A DNA stretch of 49,202 nucleotides, taken from NCBI GenBank assembly GCA_020446525.1, contig JAGREO010000107.1, forward strand, positions 1 through 49,202, read 5' to 3'. The notes under the pieces are model-generated. The model was not told the DNA's origin and ran no database searches. It saw only the letters and a program-made list of their open reading frames with translations. Made by a program: the position numbers and the translations under genes. Shown one piece after another: positions 8,354 to 18,561 of this stretch. The stretch comes from Geminicoccaceae bacterium. Its GTDB lineage: Bacteria; Pseudomonadota; Alphaproteobacteria; Geminicoccales; Geminicoccaceae. How positions within the stretch are numbered: position 1 is the stretch's first letter; the number at the start of each line of letters is the position of its first letter.

Positions 8354-9549
8354 CGCAGCCTCTCGATCACCTTGCCGACGCCCTCGATCAGCGCGTCGAT
8401 ATCGTCGTCGTCATTGTAGGGCGCGAGGCTGGCACGTGCGGTGGCGACGAGACCGAGGGCCCGCATGAGCGGCTGAGCGCAGTGGTGGCCGCCGCGCAGC
8501 GCCACGCCGTTCCCGTCGAGCATCTGACACACGTCGTGTGCGTGGACGTCCTCGACCTCGAAGGCGACGATGCCGGCGCGACCCTGAAGACCCTGCGGCC
8601 CGACCAGCCTGATGCCGGGCAGTGTGGCGAGGCCGTCGAGGATCCGTCCGGTCAGCCGCATCTCGTGGTCGTGAAGCACGCGCCGATCCCGGCTCTGCAG
8701 CCAGCGTGCGGCCGCGGCCATGCCGAGGACGGCGCCGATCGGCGGCGTGCCGGCCTCGAAGCGGTGCGGCGGATCGGCGTAGCGGGTGCCGTCGATCCGC
8801 ACCTCGCGGATCATCTCGCCGCCGCCGAGAAAGGGCGGCAGGCTCTCGAGCAGGTCCATGCGACCCCACAGCATGCCGGCACCCGTCGGACCGAACATCT
8901 TGTGCGACGAGAGTGCGTAGAGGTCGCAGCCGATCGCCCGGACGTCGATCGGACCGTGCGCCGCGCGCTGGGCACCGTCGACCAGCATGATCGCTTCGGG
9001 TGCCGCCGCACGAATCACGGAAAGATCGCTGACGGCGCCGGAGACGTTGGAGAGGTGGGTGACCGCGACGATCCGTGTGCGTGGGCCGACGAGGTCGGGC
9101 AGCGCCTCGAGATCGAGCCGGCCGTCGCTCGTCACCGGTATGGCCCGGACCCTGGCCCCGCGCGCCTGCGCCGCCATCTGCCAGGGCACGATGTCGCTGT
9201 GATGCTCGAGCTCGCTCAGGAGGATTTCGTCGCCTTCACGCAATCGTGGCGTCAGGCAGCGGGCCGCCATGTTGATGCTCATGGTCGTGCCCGAGGTGAA
9301 GATCACCTCTTCAGGCGATGCTGCGCCGACAAATGCCGCCATGGTCGCGCGTGCGTCGTCGAAGGCGACCGTGGCGGCGTCCGCCAGCTTGTGCACGCCG
9401 CGCTTGACGTTGGCGCGTGCGGTCGTCTCGAACGCGTGCAGCGCATGCGCGGCAGGGGCGCAGAGCTGGCTGGTGGCCGCGTTGTCGAGATAGTGGAACG
9501 GTGACCCTTGTGCATCGAAGATGGGGAACTCGGCGCGAATAGCCTTCAT
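8350..9549 (-). CDS. sufS: Cysteine desulfurase, SufS/CsdA type (class V aminotransferase, group II)
   Basis: Real start is MKAIRAEFPIF (ATG 9549). It has HHSDIVPW, the PLP lysine in SSHKMFGPTG, and the catalytic loop RGGHHCAQP. ATGA overlap with the upstream gene at 9546-9549. Confidence 0.9.
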   Translation of the reverse strand: MKAIRAEFPIFDAQGSPFHYLDNAATSQLCAPAAHALHAFETTARANVKRGVHKLADAATVAFDDARATMAAFVGAASPEEVIFTSGTTMSINMAARCLTPRLREGDEILLSELEHHSDIVPWQMAAQARGARVRAIPVTSDGRLDLEALPDLVGPRTRIVAVTHLSNVSGAVSDLSVIRAAAPEAIMLVDGAQRAAHGPIDVRAIGCDLYALSSHKMFGPTGAGMLWGRMDLLESLPPFLGGGEMIREVRIDGTRYADPPHRFEAGTPPIGAVLGMAAAARWLQSRDRRVLHDHEMRLTGRILDGLATLPGIRLVGPQGLQGRAGIVAFEVEDVHAHDVCQMLDGNGVALRGGHHCAQPLMRALGLVATARASLAPYNDDDDIDALIEGVGKVIERLR

Positions 9550-11168
9550 CCGGGCGACCGCTGGCATCCGTGCGAGCGTCGGTAGGCGTCCAGCGCTTCG
9601 GGCGTGTCGATGTCGAGGAGGCCCGCTCCGTCGCCGCTCTCGACCTCCACCACCGCTTCCTCGTGCAGACCGATCAGGTGCTTGGCACCCACGTCGCCCT
9701 CGAGGCCCTGCATCTCCGCCAGCAGCTCGGTCGACCACAGGACGGGATTGCCGCGCTTGCCGGCGAAGGTCGGCACGACGATGGCGCGGCCTTCGGTCGG
9801 CTTGAACATGGCGACCAGCCGTCGGATCAGCGCCGCGTCCACCCGCGGCATGTCGCCCAGGCAGATCAGTGCCCCGTCGATGTCGTCCGGAAGTGCCGCG
9901 ACGCCGGCCTTGAGCGAGGTGGAGAGGCCGTCGGCATAGGCGTCGTTGTGGACGACGCGAACGCCGGGCCCGCCCGCCGCCGCCTCGACGGCCGCGGCCT
10001 GGTGGCCGGTGACCAGCACGATCGGATCGAGGCCGGCCTCGCGCGCCGCTTCCACCGCATGGGCAACCATGTGCTTGCCGTCCACCTCGATCAGGAGCTT
10101 GTTGCGCGGTCCCATCCGGCGCGACTGACCGGCGGCCAAAACGACCGCGGCCAGTCGTCGGCCGTCCGGCCTGTCCGGCCGGCCGCGCGGTTGCGGTCGG
10201 GTCGGGATTTCGGCCAGAAGGCCGCCCACGCCCATGCCCATGATGTCGGCACCGGTGACCTTCACGCCCGCCGCCAGCCGCTGCAACACCCAGTCGTAGC
10301 CGTTGAGCTTGGGCGAGCGGGCACAGCCGGGCAGGCCCAGGACCGGCTTGCCTTCACGCTCCGCCAGCAGCAGCAGGTTGCCCGGATCGACCGGCATGCC
10401 GAAATGGTGCAGCGTTCCACCCGCGGCCTCGATCGCCGCCGGCAGCACGTCCCGCCGATCGGCGATCGCCGAAGCGCCGGCGATCAGCAGAAGATCGGCA
10501 CGGGTGGTGGCGATCGCCGCGGTGAGCGCCTCGATCGTGTGCGCGCAGCGTCGTTCGCTGACCAGCGCACCGCCGACGGCGGCCATGCGTTCGGCGGTGA
10601 TCCGCGCGGTCTTGTCGAGAACCTTGGCGGCGACGCTCGGCAGCTCCGTCTGGATCAGGTCGGCCCGCAAGGGGCGAAACGGTGCGAGGCGCAATACGCT
10701 CGCCTCGGCGGCCAGGGCGAGGCAGCGATCCACGGCCGGACGCGGGGCGGCATAGGGAATGATCTTGACCGTCGCCACCATCTGGTGCGGCCGAACGACG
10801 GCGTGAGCCGGCAGGGTGCCGAGCGTGATCGCCTCGTGGACCCGGTTGATACGATCGACGGCCTCCTCGTCGATCAGCAACAGGCCGGCCACGTCGGTAT
10901 GGAGGTTGGCGCGCCCGGTGAAGGCCGGCCGCGCCTCGAGGTGCGCCGCCGAAAGGGCGTTCGCCAGAAGGCTCGCGGCTTCGTCCTCGTGCATGTCGTC
11001 GGCGTCCAGAACGACCGCCATGACTTCGTCGACGCCGGCCTCGCGCAGGACCGCCAGATCCTGCTCCGTCAGCCTGTGGCCCTTTTTCAGGTTGAGGCCT
11101 TCGCGACGTAGCGAATGGGCTAGGAGGGCCCCTCGGGCGTCGGCGAGCCTGCGCGGACCGAACTGCAC
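9546..11168 (-). CDS. Fusion protein: molybdopterin-binding (MoeA/CinA-like MoCF) domain plus MocA/MobA-like NTP transferase (Mo-cofactor cytidylyltransferase-like)
   Basis: 540 aa. The middle region reads LLIAGASAIADRRD...FGMPVDPGNLLLL...GLPGCARSP (MoCF biosynthesis fold). The C-terminal region reads VVLAAGQSRRMG...LLIEVDG...ICLGDMP (MobA-like nucleotidyltransferase). GTG start at 11168. Confidence 0.8.
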   Translation of the reverse strand: MQFGPRRLADARGALLAHSLRREGLNLKKGHRLTEQDLAVLREAGVDEVMAVVLDADDMHEDEAASLLANALSAAHLEARPAFTGRANLHTDVAGLLLIDEEAVDRINRVHEAITLGTLPAHAVVRPHQMVATVKIIPYAAPRPAVDRCLALAAEASVLRLAPFRPLRADLIQTELPSVAAKVLDKTARITAERMAAVGGALVSERRCAHTIEALTAAIATTRADLLLIAGASAIADRRDVLPAAIEAAGGTLHHFGMPVDPGNLLLLAEREGKPVLGLPGCARSPKLNGYDWVLQRLAAGVKVTGADIMGMGVGGLLAEIPTRPQPRGRPDRPDGRRLAAVVLAAGQSRRMGPRNKLLIEVDGKHMVAHAVEAAREAGLDPIVLVTGHQAAAVEAAAGGPGVRVVHNDAYADGLSTSLKAGVAALPDDIDGALICLGDMPRVDAALIRRLVAMFKPTEGRAIVVPTFAGKRGNPVLWSTELLAEMQGLEGDVGAKHLIGLHEEAVVEVESGDGAGLLDIDTPEALDAYRRSHGCQRSPG

Positions 11169-11172
11169 GTGC

Positions 11173-11862
11173 TCACTCCCTGCGCAGCACCGACGTCATC
11201 TCGGCCATGACGCTCAATGCGATTTCGGCCGGACTGACGGCGCCGATGTCGATGCCGGCCGGACCGTGGATGCGGGCGATGGCGGTCTCGTCGTGACCGA
11301 GCGCCGCGAGCCGCTCGACCCGGCCGGCATGGGTGCGGCGGCTGCCGAGTGCGGCGATGTAGAAGGCCTCGGAGCGCAACGCCACGTCGAGCGCCGGATC
11401 GTCGAGCTTGGGGTCGTGGGTGAGGGTGACGACCGCGGTGCGGCGGTCGGGGGCGAGCGCCTCCATGGCTTCGTCCGGCCAGTCGTCCACGAGGCTCACC
11501 TCGGGAAAGCGGTCCTTGGTGGCGAAGGCGCCGCGGGGATCGATCACGCTCACCGCATAGCCGGTCAGAGAGGCCATCGGCGCCAGGGCCTGGGTGATGT
11601 GCACCGCACCGACCACGATCAGCCGAAGCGGCGGATTGAAGATCTGCACGAATGCCGGGCCGGCCGCGGTTTCCACCATCCGGCTGCGATCGGCGCGCAG
11701 GCAGTCGGCCACCGCCGCCATCGTCGCGTCGTCGAGGTCGCCCGCGAGTACGCTGCCGTCGACCACCAGCGCCTCGTCGTGTGTCTCCAGCCACCGCACC
11801 ATGGCTGCACGACGCTTGGCCGAACGCGCCTCGTTGAGTTGCTGCAACAGGTCGAGATTCAC
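11173..11862 (-). CDS. XdhC/CoxI family accessory protein, C-terminal Rossmann-like half
   Basis: LIVVGAVHITQAL...VVTLTHDPKLDDPAL...YIAALGSRRTH. The likely GTG start at 11862 overlaps the upstream stop codon (GTGA at 11859-11862). Confidence 0.8.
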   Translation of the reverse strand: MNLDLLQQLNEARSAKRRAAMVRWLETHDEALVVDGSVLAGDLDDATMAAVADCLRADRSRMVETAAGPAFVQIFNPPLRLIVVGAVHITQALAPMASLTGYAVSVIDPRGAFATKDRFPEVSLVDDWPDEAMEALAPDRRTAVVTLTHDPKLDDPALDVALRSEAFYIAALGSRRTHAGRVERLAALGHDETAIARIHGPAGIDIGAVSPAEIALSVMAEMTSVLRRE

Positions 11863-12173
11863 GTCAGCGCCTCGACATAGACCTTGACGGTACCGCCGCA
11901 GGCGAGACCCACTTCCCAAGCCTGCTCGTTGGACACGCCGAATTCGAGCAGTCGGGGCGGCGCGCCTTCCATGCAGTCGCGCGCCTCCTTGACGACGGCG
12001 CCCTCGATGCAGCCACCCGAGACGGAGCCCTGCATGCGCCCGTCCTCGTCGACCACGAGCTGGGAGCCGGCCGGCCTCGGGCTCGAACCCCAGGTGGCGA
12101 CGACCGTCGCCAGCGCCACCTTCCTGCCCTCGTTCTTCCAGGCCTGTGCGACGGAGAGCACGTCCTCGACCAT
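11859..12173 (-). CDS. XdhC/CoxI family accessory protein, N-terminal domain only
   Basis: 104 aa: ATVVATWGSSPRPAGSQLVV...GSVSGGCIEGAV, the typical XdhC_CoxI N-domain. Confidence 0.8.
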   Translation of the reverse strand: MVEDVLSVAQAWKNEGRKVALATVVATWGSSPRPAGSQLVVDEDGRMQGSVSGGCIEGAVVKEARDCMEGAPPRLLEFGVSNEQAWEVGLACGGTVKVYVEALT

Positions 12174-12174
12174 G

Positions 12175-13430
12175 TCACGTCCTTTCGGCGTTCCGCAGCC
12201 ACTCGCTCACGCCCTCGGTGCGACGGGTCGGTGTGCGGCCGAGCACCTGAACCAGATCCGCCAGGCTCGCCAGATTGTGCACCGAGCGGAAGTCGTCGAC
12301 GTGGCGGATGAGTGCTCTCGCACCCGTCGAGATGGGTTGGTAGCCGTCGAACCGCAAGAGCGGGTTGAGCCAGATCAGCCGCCGGCAGCTCTTGTGCAGG
12401 CGCTCGATCTGGGCCGCCAGACCCTCGCCGGCATCGCGATCCAGGCCATCGGTGATCAGCAGCACGACCGGCCCCTGGCCCAGCACGCGACGCGACCAGT
12501 CGCGATTGAAGGTCTCGAGGCAGTGACCGATACGGGTGCCGCCGGACCAGTCCTGCACCTTCTCGCCGATGTGCTCGAGGGCGATGTCGACGTCGCGGTG
12601 GCGCAGATGGCGCGTGACGTTGGTCAGACGTGTGCCGAACACGAAGGAGTGGACCCGGTCGCGATCGCTGGTGACCGCATGCATGAAGAGCAGAAGCATG
12701 CGCGAATAGCGGCTCATCGAGCCCGAGATGTCGCACAGGATCACCAAAGGCGGGTGGCGGCGTACACGCTTCTTGCGGGCGAGGTCGATCGCCGCACCGC
12801 CGCCGCGCAGCGAGCGGCGCAGGGTGCGGCGCATGTCGATCCTGCGGCCGGCTCTGTCGTCGGTGAAGCGGCGCGTGGGCACCTCCATGATCGGCAGCCG
12901 CAACCGGCCGATCTCCCGCCGTGCGGCGATGAGCTCCTCGCGGCTCATCTGCTCGAAATCCTTGCCCTGGAGGATTTCCTTTTGCGACCACGTCATGGTG
13001 GCGTCGAATTCGAGGCTCGGCTCCTCGTCGTCCGGCGTCTCGCCCTTGCCGGGGGTCTTTTCGGGCGCCATCGCCTCGGCGACCCGCCGGCTCACTTCCT
13101 CCTGATCGGCGGGACGGTCCTGCTCGAGCGTCGGCAGCAGCATATGCATGAGCCTGTCGAGCAGTTTGGGATCGCGCCAGAAGATGTGAAACGCCTGATC
13201 GAACAGCTCGCGCTGGTCGCGGCGGCTGACGAAGACCGAAAAGAGCGTCCAGTAGAGATCCCCGCGACGCTCGACGCCGACCGTCTCGACCGCCCGGAGC
13301 GCATCGATCACCCGCCCCGTCCCGACCGGAAGGCCAGCGGCCCTCAGCGTGCGCGCGAAATGCATGACGTTGCGTGCGAAGCGCCCGTCGCCCCCCGCCG
13401 CCCTGCCGAAGTCGCCCGCCGCGGGTTCGC

Positions 13431-13434
<4 letters not shown>
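12175..13434 (-). CDS. VWA domain-containing CoxE-like protein
   Basis: The protein-like part begins near the GTG at 13434 (GTGA overlap with the MoxR stop). It has a MIDAS motif ILCDISGSM and the CoxE-like tail LIWLNPLL. Confidence 0.8.
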
Positions 13435-14360
<926 letters not shown>

Positions 14361-14606
14361 GAGCCTTCGCTAGGCGTTACCCGATATACATAACTTGCGA
14401 GACGTTTGCGGCATCCTGAGGTTGCGCCTCGAGGTGGCATGTCGGAAAGACGATCGGCGGCGCGGCTGCCGAGGATGCCGACACGAACTGCCACACCAGT
14501 GATCGGGGGTCCAGAGGGGTATCCGCTTCGGTCGTCGGCACCGCAGCGGCTCAGGCCGGTCCAAGCGTCTCGCACGTTCGAATGGCGCGGTCGGGTGGGA
14601 GGTCCC

Positions 14607-15785
14607 TTGAGCGAGAAGGCAACGCGTCGGGTCGTCGTCGGTATCGTTCTGCTCACGGTGTTCATGAGCGGCCTGACGCTGCTCGTCTTCAACGGCATGG
14701 CTCGTTACGAGCTGGGTCCGCCCGGTTTCATCGTCAATCCCGATTTCGAGATGGGCAGCGACGAGTTGCTCTACGACGAGCCGATGCCGCCCGGCTGGAC
14801 CCGCTCGGGTCGGCTGGGCTCGGCTACTTTCTCCGGCAACTGGCTGATGCTCGACAATGGCGACCCGCGCGTCAGTGTCGGGGTCGAGCAGGTGATCGAT
14901 CTGCCGCCCGGCGTCGAGGCGTTCGAGATCGGCGGCATGGTGGAGATCCAGGCGGTGATCGGCGGCGAGATGCCGTGGCACCGTGCCCGCATCGACCTCG
15001 TCAGCCTCAATGCCGCCGGCAAGCCGGATTTCCGCAGACCGCACAAGCTGTTCGATGCCGTGGGCACGCGGCCGGCCTACCGCTACAGCCGCATCGTCGA
15101 GGTCATGCCCGAGGCCGCCCAGGCGCGCCTGTCGATCCGCCTGGCGCGTGCGACCGGGCGCATCGCCGTGTCCGATCTGACGCTGCGTCCGGCCTATGAG
15201 CGCGCCGAATTCCAGCAGATGGCGACCATCGTGAAGGTGGGGTGGGCCTTGCTTCTGGGCCTGGTCGGGCTCTGGTTCGTCGCCACGGCAGCACATCGGC
15301 CGGCGGCCGTGGCGGCCGTCGGCCTGCTGTTCGTCGGCGGCCTCTTCGCGATCCTGCCTTACGAGATCAAGGATCCGATCATCGATCTGATCCTTCCGGT
15401 GCGCGGACGCCAGGACTTTTCCGAGCGCGAATGGACGGGTCATGCGATGCACGCGCTCGCCTTCGTCGTGCTGGGCTTCCTCGTCCGTGTGGCGCGGCGG
15501 CGCGATCCGATGATCAAGGTGCTGCTGGCGCTGGTGCTGGTGAGCGCCGTGGCCGAACTGCTGCAGGCCTTGTCCACGGGCATCGGGATGGACGATCTCT
15601 ACGACGAGCTGGCCAACATCATCGGCATCGTCGTCGGGGTGGGGGCCGGCGAAGAGCAGGTCCGCCGGATGCACACGCGACGCCGGCGTCATCGGCGAAT
15701 CAAGCGCTCCTCACCGCGGTCCAGGGATCCGGACGACACGCCGGGCGTGGAGGCCGCACGCGAGCCCGAAAGCTCGCCCGTCTGA
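14607..15785 (+). CDS. Membrane protein: N-terminal TM anchor, beta-sandwich (CBM-like) extracytoplasmic domain, C-terminal VanZ-like 4-TM domain
   Basis: The ORF is open from 14406. A GGGAGG element at 14597-14602 precedes the TTG at 14607, which sits just before the TM helix VVVGIVLLTVFMSGLTLLVF. The NPDFEMG...GW segment resembles carbohydrate-binding jelly-roll domains, and the C-terminus is hydrophobic with a VanZ-like pattern. The start is uncertain (14406-14607). Confidence 0.6.
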   Translation: MSEKATRRVVVGIVLLTVFMSGLTLLVFNGMARYELGPPGFIVNPDFEMGSDELLYDEPMPPGWTRSGRLGSATFSGNWLMLDNGDPRVSVGVEQVIDLPPGVEAFEIGGMVEIQAVIGGEMPWHRARIDLVSLNAAGKPDFRRPHKLFDAVGTRPAYRYSRIVEVMPEAAQARLSIRLARATGRIAVSDLTLRPAYERAEFQQMATIVKVGWALLLGLVGLWFVATAAHRPAAVAAVGLLFVGGLFAILPYEIKDPIIDLILPVRGRQDFSEREWTGHAMHALAFVVLGFLVRVARRRDPMIKVLLALVLVSAVAELLQALSTGIGMDDLYDELANIIGIVVGVGAGEEQVRRMHTRRRRHRRIKRSSPRSRDPDDTPGVEAAREPESSPV

Positions 15786-15843
15786 AGGACGAGCCGGCGG
15801 CGAGCGGATACGTGCACCATTCCGGGTACGCGAAAGACGATCG

Positions 15844-17169
15844 ATGACGGCGGGTGTCCGCGCCGCGCGGATTCTGGTGGTGCTCTCCTGGTCCATCGAG
15901 CTCCTGCGCACGGTGGCCGGTCTCGAAGTCCTGCGTTGGCCGGCGGCCCTGTTGCTCGCCCTATATCTGCTGCTCATCCTGCCGTCTTTGCGCAGCAGCG
16001 GGCGGTGGATGGCGCTGGCCCTGCTCGGTGTCGCGGTGGTAATCGCAGCCGTCGCCGGACGTCCGGCGGCATTGCTCGACGGCCTCGCCTTCGCCACCGT
16101 GTTCCCGGCGTTCCTGGCGACCATGGTGCTGCTGCGAGTGGCCGCCGCCGTGCATCCGCGGGTGGAGACGGTGCGGCGGCGCGTGGCGCAACTGGATCGG
16201 CCGCAGCGGCAGGCCGGCTTCATGCTGGCCGCTCATCTCCTGGCGGCACTGGTGACCGCGGGCGCATTCGCGGTCCTCGGACCGCTGCGGCCGGCGGGTC
16301 TGGGCGAGCCGGACCGGCGCAGGCTCGCTCTCGCCTGTCTGCGTGGCGCCAATCTCGCCGTTCTCTGGTCACCGTTCTTTCTCGGCATGGCCGTGTCGAC
16401 GCAATTGGTGCCCGGTGTGCCGACATGGCAGGTGACGGTGCTCGGTCTCGCGCTGGCGGCCGAGGCGATGGCGCTGGCGATGGCACCCATGGGTGGTGCG
16501 GCGGCGGTCGCGGTGTCGACGGCCGTGCGAGCTCTGGCGCCGATCGTGCCGCCGGTGGCTGCGGCAGCCGTGCTGATCGTCGCGGTCTCGACGATGTTGG
16601 GTACCTCACCGCTCGGCACCGTTTTCGTGGTGGTGCCGCCGCTGGTCGCCGGCTGGCTGCTGTCTCAACCCAAGACCTCCGCACTCCGAGTGGTGCGCGA
16701 CGGCTGGAGGGGGCTGGCGACGCTCGGTGACGAGATGCTGCTGGTCGTCACCGTCTCCATTCTGAGCCGTGTGCTGGCGGCGGTTCCATGGACCGCCGAT
16801 CTGGTCGAGGCGGTTCTGGCCTTCGGGCTGCCGCCGGTGGGTCTGATCGCCGCACTCTTGGCGCTGATCGTCGGTCTGGCGCTGGCCGGACTGCACCCTC
16901 TCGCCAGCGTGAGCGTCGTACTGGCACTGATGGCGGGCACCACGCCGGCCATCGCCCCTCTGGTGCTCGTGGCGATCGGCGTCCTCGGCTGGGCCCTGGG
17001 CACCATGGTCGGGCCGACGTCGCTCTCCGTCCTGCTCGCTTCGGCGAGCTTCGACGTGGCGCCGCGTCGGCTGGTGGTGGGCATCAACCTCGTCTTCGTC
17101 GCGGCGTTCGCCACGCTCGCCGTCGGAACGCTGGGTTTGCTCAATGGTTGGCTCACCACGCCCGGTTGA
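15844..17169 (+). CDS. Polytopic inner-membrane protein of unknown function
   Basis: 441 aa, rich in Ala/Leu/Val with about 10-12 hydrophobic segments. I recognise no family motif. Confidence 0.6.
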   Translation: MTAGVRAARILVVLSWSIELLRTVAGLEVLRWPAALLLALYLLLILPSLRSSGRWMALALLGVAVVIAAVAGRPAALLDGLAFATVFPAFLATMVLLRVAAAVHPRVETVRRRVAQLDRPQRQAGFMLAAHLLAALVTAGAFAVLGPLRPAGLGEPDRRRLALACLRGANLAVLWSPFFLGMAVSTQLVPGVPTWQVTVLGLALAAEAMALAMAPMGGAAAVAVSTAVRALAPIVPPVAAAAVLIVAVSTMLGTSPLGTVFVVVPPLVAGWLLSQPKTSALRVVRDGWRGLATLGDEMLLVVTVSILSRVLAAVPWTADLVEAVLAFGLPPVGLIAALLALIVGLALAGLHPLASVSVVLALMAGTTPAIAPLVLVAIGVLGWALGTMVGPTSLSVLLASASFDVAPRRLVVGINLVFVAAFATLAVGTLGLLNGWLTTPG

Positions 17170-17273
17170 CCTGCGGCGGTCCGCGGCGCGATCCGTAAAA
17201 CGAACCCATCGGCCCCGACGCTTGGCCGTGGGCAAGCGGCCGGTGACCGGCTATCGTCGACGAAGGATAAAGA

Positions 17274-18551
17274 ATGGGGAGATCGATGATGGTCGAGATC
17301 GACCGGCACGGTGGTGCGCTCTCGCGCAACGCCATGGCCTACGTCCTCGCGGGAGGCCGTGGATCCAGGCTCAAGGAATTGACCGATCGCCGTGCCAAAC
17401 CTGCGGTTTTCTTCGGCGGCAAGGCCCGAATCATCGATTTCGCCCTATCCAACGCGCTCAATTCGGGCATTCGCCGCTTCGGCGTGGCGACCCAGTACAA
17501 GGCGCACTCGCTGATCCGTCATCTGCAGTTGGGCTGGAACTTTTTTCGCCCCGAGCGCAACGAGAGCTTCGACATCCTTCCAGCGAGCCAGCGCGTCTCG
17601 GAAACCCAATGGTATCTTGGCACGGCCGACGCGGTCTATCAGAACATCGAAATCCTGGATTCTTACGGCACCGAGCATATCGTCATCCTGGCCGGTGATC
17701 ACGTCTACAAGATGGATTACGAGGTCATGCTGCGGCAGCACGTCGAGAGCGGCGCCGAGGTGACGGTCGGCTGCCTCGAAGTGCCGCGCATGGATGCGGT
17801 CGCCTTCGGCGTGATGCACGTGGACGACAGCGGACGGATCATCTCGTTTCTCGAAAAGCCCGCCGATCCACCGGCCATCCCGGGTCGGCCCGAACTGGCG
17901 CTCGCCAGCATGGGCATCTATGTGTTCGCCACGAAATTTCTCTTCGAGCGGCTCGTCGAGGACGCAGCCGATCCCAATTCGGCGCACGATTTCGGCCACG
18001 ATATCATTCCCCGCCTGGTCAAGCACGGTAAGGCGGTGGCCCATCGTTTTCCGACGAGTTGCGTGCGTGCCGAAGGTGAGAAGGACGCCTATTGGCGTGA
18101 CGTGGGCACCATCGACGCCTATTGGGAAGCGAACATCGATCTCACCACGGTCACGCCGGCTCTCGACATCTACGACACCGACTGGCCGATCTGGACTCAC
18201 GCCGAGATGACACCGCCGGCCAAGTTCGTCCACGATACCGAGGGCAGGCGGGGCATGGCTGTCAGCTCGCTGGTCTCCGGCAATTGTATCGTTTCCGGTG
18301 CGTCCCTGAAGAACACGCTGTTGTTCACCGGCGCGCGGGTGAACTCCTTTGGTGTTCTCGAGGAAGCGGTAGTGTTGCCGCACGTGCACGTCGGCCGCGG
18401 TGCGCGGCTCAAGAAAGTCGTCGTCGACCGCGGTGTCGACATCCCGGAGGGACTGGTCGTGGGCGAGGATCCGGAACTCGACGCCGCTCGTTTCCGCCGC
18501 ACGGAGAAGGGCGTGTGTCTGATCATGCAGGACGCGATCGACCGGTTGTGA
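17274..18551 (+). CDS. glgC: Glucose-1-phosphate adenylyltransferase
   Basis: [27 protein letters not shown] and [13 protein letters not shown] match the GlgC signature. An AAGGA element precedes the ATG at 17274. Confidence 0.9.
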   Translation: MGRSMMVEIDRHGGALSRNAMAYVLAGGRGSRLKELTDRRAKPAVFFGGKARIIDFALSNALNSGIRRFGVATQYKAHSLIRHLQLGWNFFRPERNESFDILPASQRVSETQWYLGTADAVYQNIEILDSYGTEHIVILAGDHVYKMDYEVMLRQHVESGAEVTVGCLEVPRMDAVAFGVMHVDDSGRIISFLEKPADPPAIPGRPELALASMGIYVFATKFLFERLVEDAADPNSAHDFGHDIIPRLVKHGKAVAHRFPTSCVRAEGEKDAYWRDVGTIDAYWEANIDLTTVTPALDIYDTDWPIWTHAEMTPPAKFVHDTEGRRGMAVSSLVSGNCIVSGASLKNTLLFTGARVNSFGVLEEAVVLPHVHVGRGARLKKVVVDRGVDIPEGLVVGEDPELDAARFRRTEKGVCLIMQDAIDRL

Positions 18552-18561
18552 GTGCCGTTCG

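Noticed and set aside
14406-14606. N-terminal 67 codons of the 459-aa ORF as part of the VanZ-like protein
   Set aside because: The segment is Arg/Pro-rich and non-hydrophobic and precedes a good GGGAGG-TTG start placed right before the first TM helix. It is treated as untranslated leader, but the true start remains uncertain.
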